Shown one piece after another: positions 62,227 to 64,000 of a stretch of DNA of 64,000 nucleotides; position 1 is the stretch's first letter, and each line of letters starts with the position of its first letter. A program made the translations under genes and the position numbers. The notes below the pieces were generated by a model, which was given only the letters and a program-made list of their open reading frames with translations, was not told the DNA's origin and ran no database searches. Origin of the DNA: Dendrobates tinctorius (taxonomy: Eukaryota); contig NW_027361676.1 in assembly GCF_039654945.1 (NCBI RefSeq), positions 49,290,001 to 49,354,000 of the forward strand, written 5' to 3'.

Positions 62227-63651
62227 CAGAACTATGAAGTCTGAATCATGGAGTCTGAATCTGTGTCCATTTTGCTGTAGTCGGAGTTGAAGTCGGTATA
62301 AAAGGGACCGACTCTTAAAAAAAATTGGGTTCAGTGCAGGAAGTGCTGTAGATGTTTTCATAAGAATTTGGGAAAGTTATAAAATGTCCTATAAATGTCT
62401 GTTCCTGATCTAAGGATCTCTGCTTTTAGCTGAGATGAATCTGGGCTGCACTTTTTATGTATATGCTCAGTAGTGACCAGGGCTGTGGAGTCGTAGCTGA
62501 GATGAATCTGTGCTGCACTTTATGTACATGCTCAGTAGTGAGGCAGGGCTGTGGAGTCGGAGCTGAGATGAAGCTGTGCTGCTCTTTATGTACATGCTCA
62601 GTAGTGAGGCAGGGCTGTGGAGTCGTAGCTGAGATGAGTCTGCTCTGCACGTTATGTACATGCTCAGTAGTGACCAGTGCTGTGGAGTTGTAGCTGAGAT
62701 GAATCTGTGCTGCACTTTATGTACATGCTCAGTAGTGAGGCAGGGTTGTGGAGTCATAGATGAGATGAATCTGTGCTGCACTTTATGTACATGCTCAGTA
62801 GTGAGGCAGGGCTGTGGAGTCGTAGCTGAGATGAATCTGTGCTACAGTTTATGTACATGCTCAGTAGTGACCAGTGCTGTGGAGTCGGAGCTGAGATGAA
62901 TCTGTGCTGCACTTTATGTAAATGCTCAGTAGTGACCAGTGCTGTGGAGTCGTAGCTGAGATGAATCTGTGCTGCAGTTTATGTACATGCTCAGTAGTGA
63001 CCAGTGCTGTGGAGTCGGAGCTGAGATGAATCTGTGCTGCACTTTATGTAAATGCTCAGTAGTGACCAGTGCTGAGGAGTCGTAGCTGAGATGAATCTGT
63101 GCTGCACTTTATGTACATGCTCAGTAGTGAGGCAGGGCTGTGGAGTCGTAGCTGAGATGAATCTGTGCTGCAGTTTATGTACATGCTCAGTAGTGGGGCA
63201 GGGCTGTGGAGTTATACCTGAGATGAATCTGTGCTGCACTTTATGCACATGCTCAGTAGTGAGGCAGGGCTGTGGAGTCATAGCTGAGATGAATCTTTGC
63301 TGCACTTTATGTATATACTTAGTAGTGAAGCAGTGCTGTGGGGTCGGAGCTGAGATGAGTCTGCTACACTTTATGTACATGCTCAGTAGTGAGGCAGGGC
63401 TGTGGAGTCGTAGATGAGATGAATCTGTGCTGCACTTTATGTACATGCTCAGTAGTGATCAGTGCTGTGGAGTCATAGCTGAGGTGAATCTGTGCTGCAC
63501 TTTATGTACATGCTCAGTAGAGAGGCAGTGTTGCGGAGTCGGAACTGAGATGAATCTGTGCTGCACTTTATGTACATGCTCAGTAGTGAGGCAGGGCTGT
63601 GGCGGTGACATTGAGGAATCAGTTGTTTGGCTTTCCGACTGCACAACTTTG
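62227..63651 (+). mobile_element. hAT MITE expanded by an internal satellite
   Basis: Degenerate TIRs CAGAACTATGAAGTC / GACTGCACAACTTTG; flanks CATTTACA/ACTTTACA (6/8); homologous to 41489-41792. Confidence 0.8.
62429..63605 (+). repeat. 65-66-bp tandem repeat, ~18 units, each ending in a hAT TIR copy
   Basis: Unit GCTGAGATGAATCTGTGCTGCACTTTATGTACATGCTCAGTAGTGAGG-CAGGGCTGTGGAGTC-GTA; starts at 62429, 62496, 62562, 62628... Confidence 0.97.
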
Positions 63652-64000
63652 ACTTTACAGCACCAGCACTACACTACTTTTGTGAATTTAATACCAAGGC
63701 TCGGTCGCACTTTCTTGCTTTCAGATAGTTATGTGAGATTTTTGGTAAAAACAATTTGAATCGGACCCCCCAGGCTGTTCTACTATTCCGATTGGCTACG
63801 CAATGACCCGTGACCACAGAGATATTTGTATTTTGATGATGGCTCCTTGCTCCCTGGTAGTGTAGGAAATTCATGTTAACAATGCATGTTACAAATGGCT
63901 CCCAATAGTAAAGCGTGCATGCAGCTCTGAAAACCACATATTCATGTGCACCTAATTGTGCCGTTTCTTAGTATCTCTAATGTGCCGCCTCCTCTTCAGT

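Noticed and set aside
62429-63605. Regular array resembling a CRISPR locus
   Set aside because: No unique spacers; whole units repeat; eukaryotic context with no cas genes.

Overview
Eukaryotic, repeat-saturated DNA with no recognisable host protein-coding exon. The transposon repertoire suggests an intron or intergenic region of a large-genome amphibian, probably a frog (inference). Supported content: a full-length hAT transposon (9072-11977, 8-bp TSD) whose BED-finger/DDE transposase is broken only at two simple-repeat runs; several Tc1/mariner copies (one full-length DD34E, one DD38E); a 5'-truncated CR1 LINE; a Chapaev3 5' fragment; solo LTRs with 5-bp TSDs; many Harbinger-, Kolobok/T2-, piggyBac- and hAT-type MITEs; and Penelope-like retroelement relics carrying minimal hammerhead ribozyme motifs. 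Most notable: (i) fold-back palindromes whose axis sits at a hammerhead core (12.3 and 48.7 kb) and a near-perfect 1-kb palindromic insertion with a 14-bp TSD (33.4-34.5 kb); (ii) a 65-66-bp satellite expanded inside a hAT MITE, each unit carrying the TIR of the autonomous hAT, with the single-unit form at 41.5 kb; (iii) a solo LTR holding a series of tRNA-Leu PBS-like relics; (iv) a 4.8-kb TTAA element carrying 373/389-bp tandem arrays and telomere-like hexamers. All calls come from reading the sequence by eye; no searches were run.
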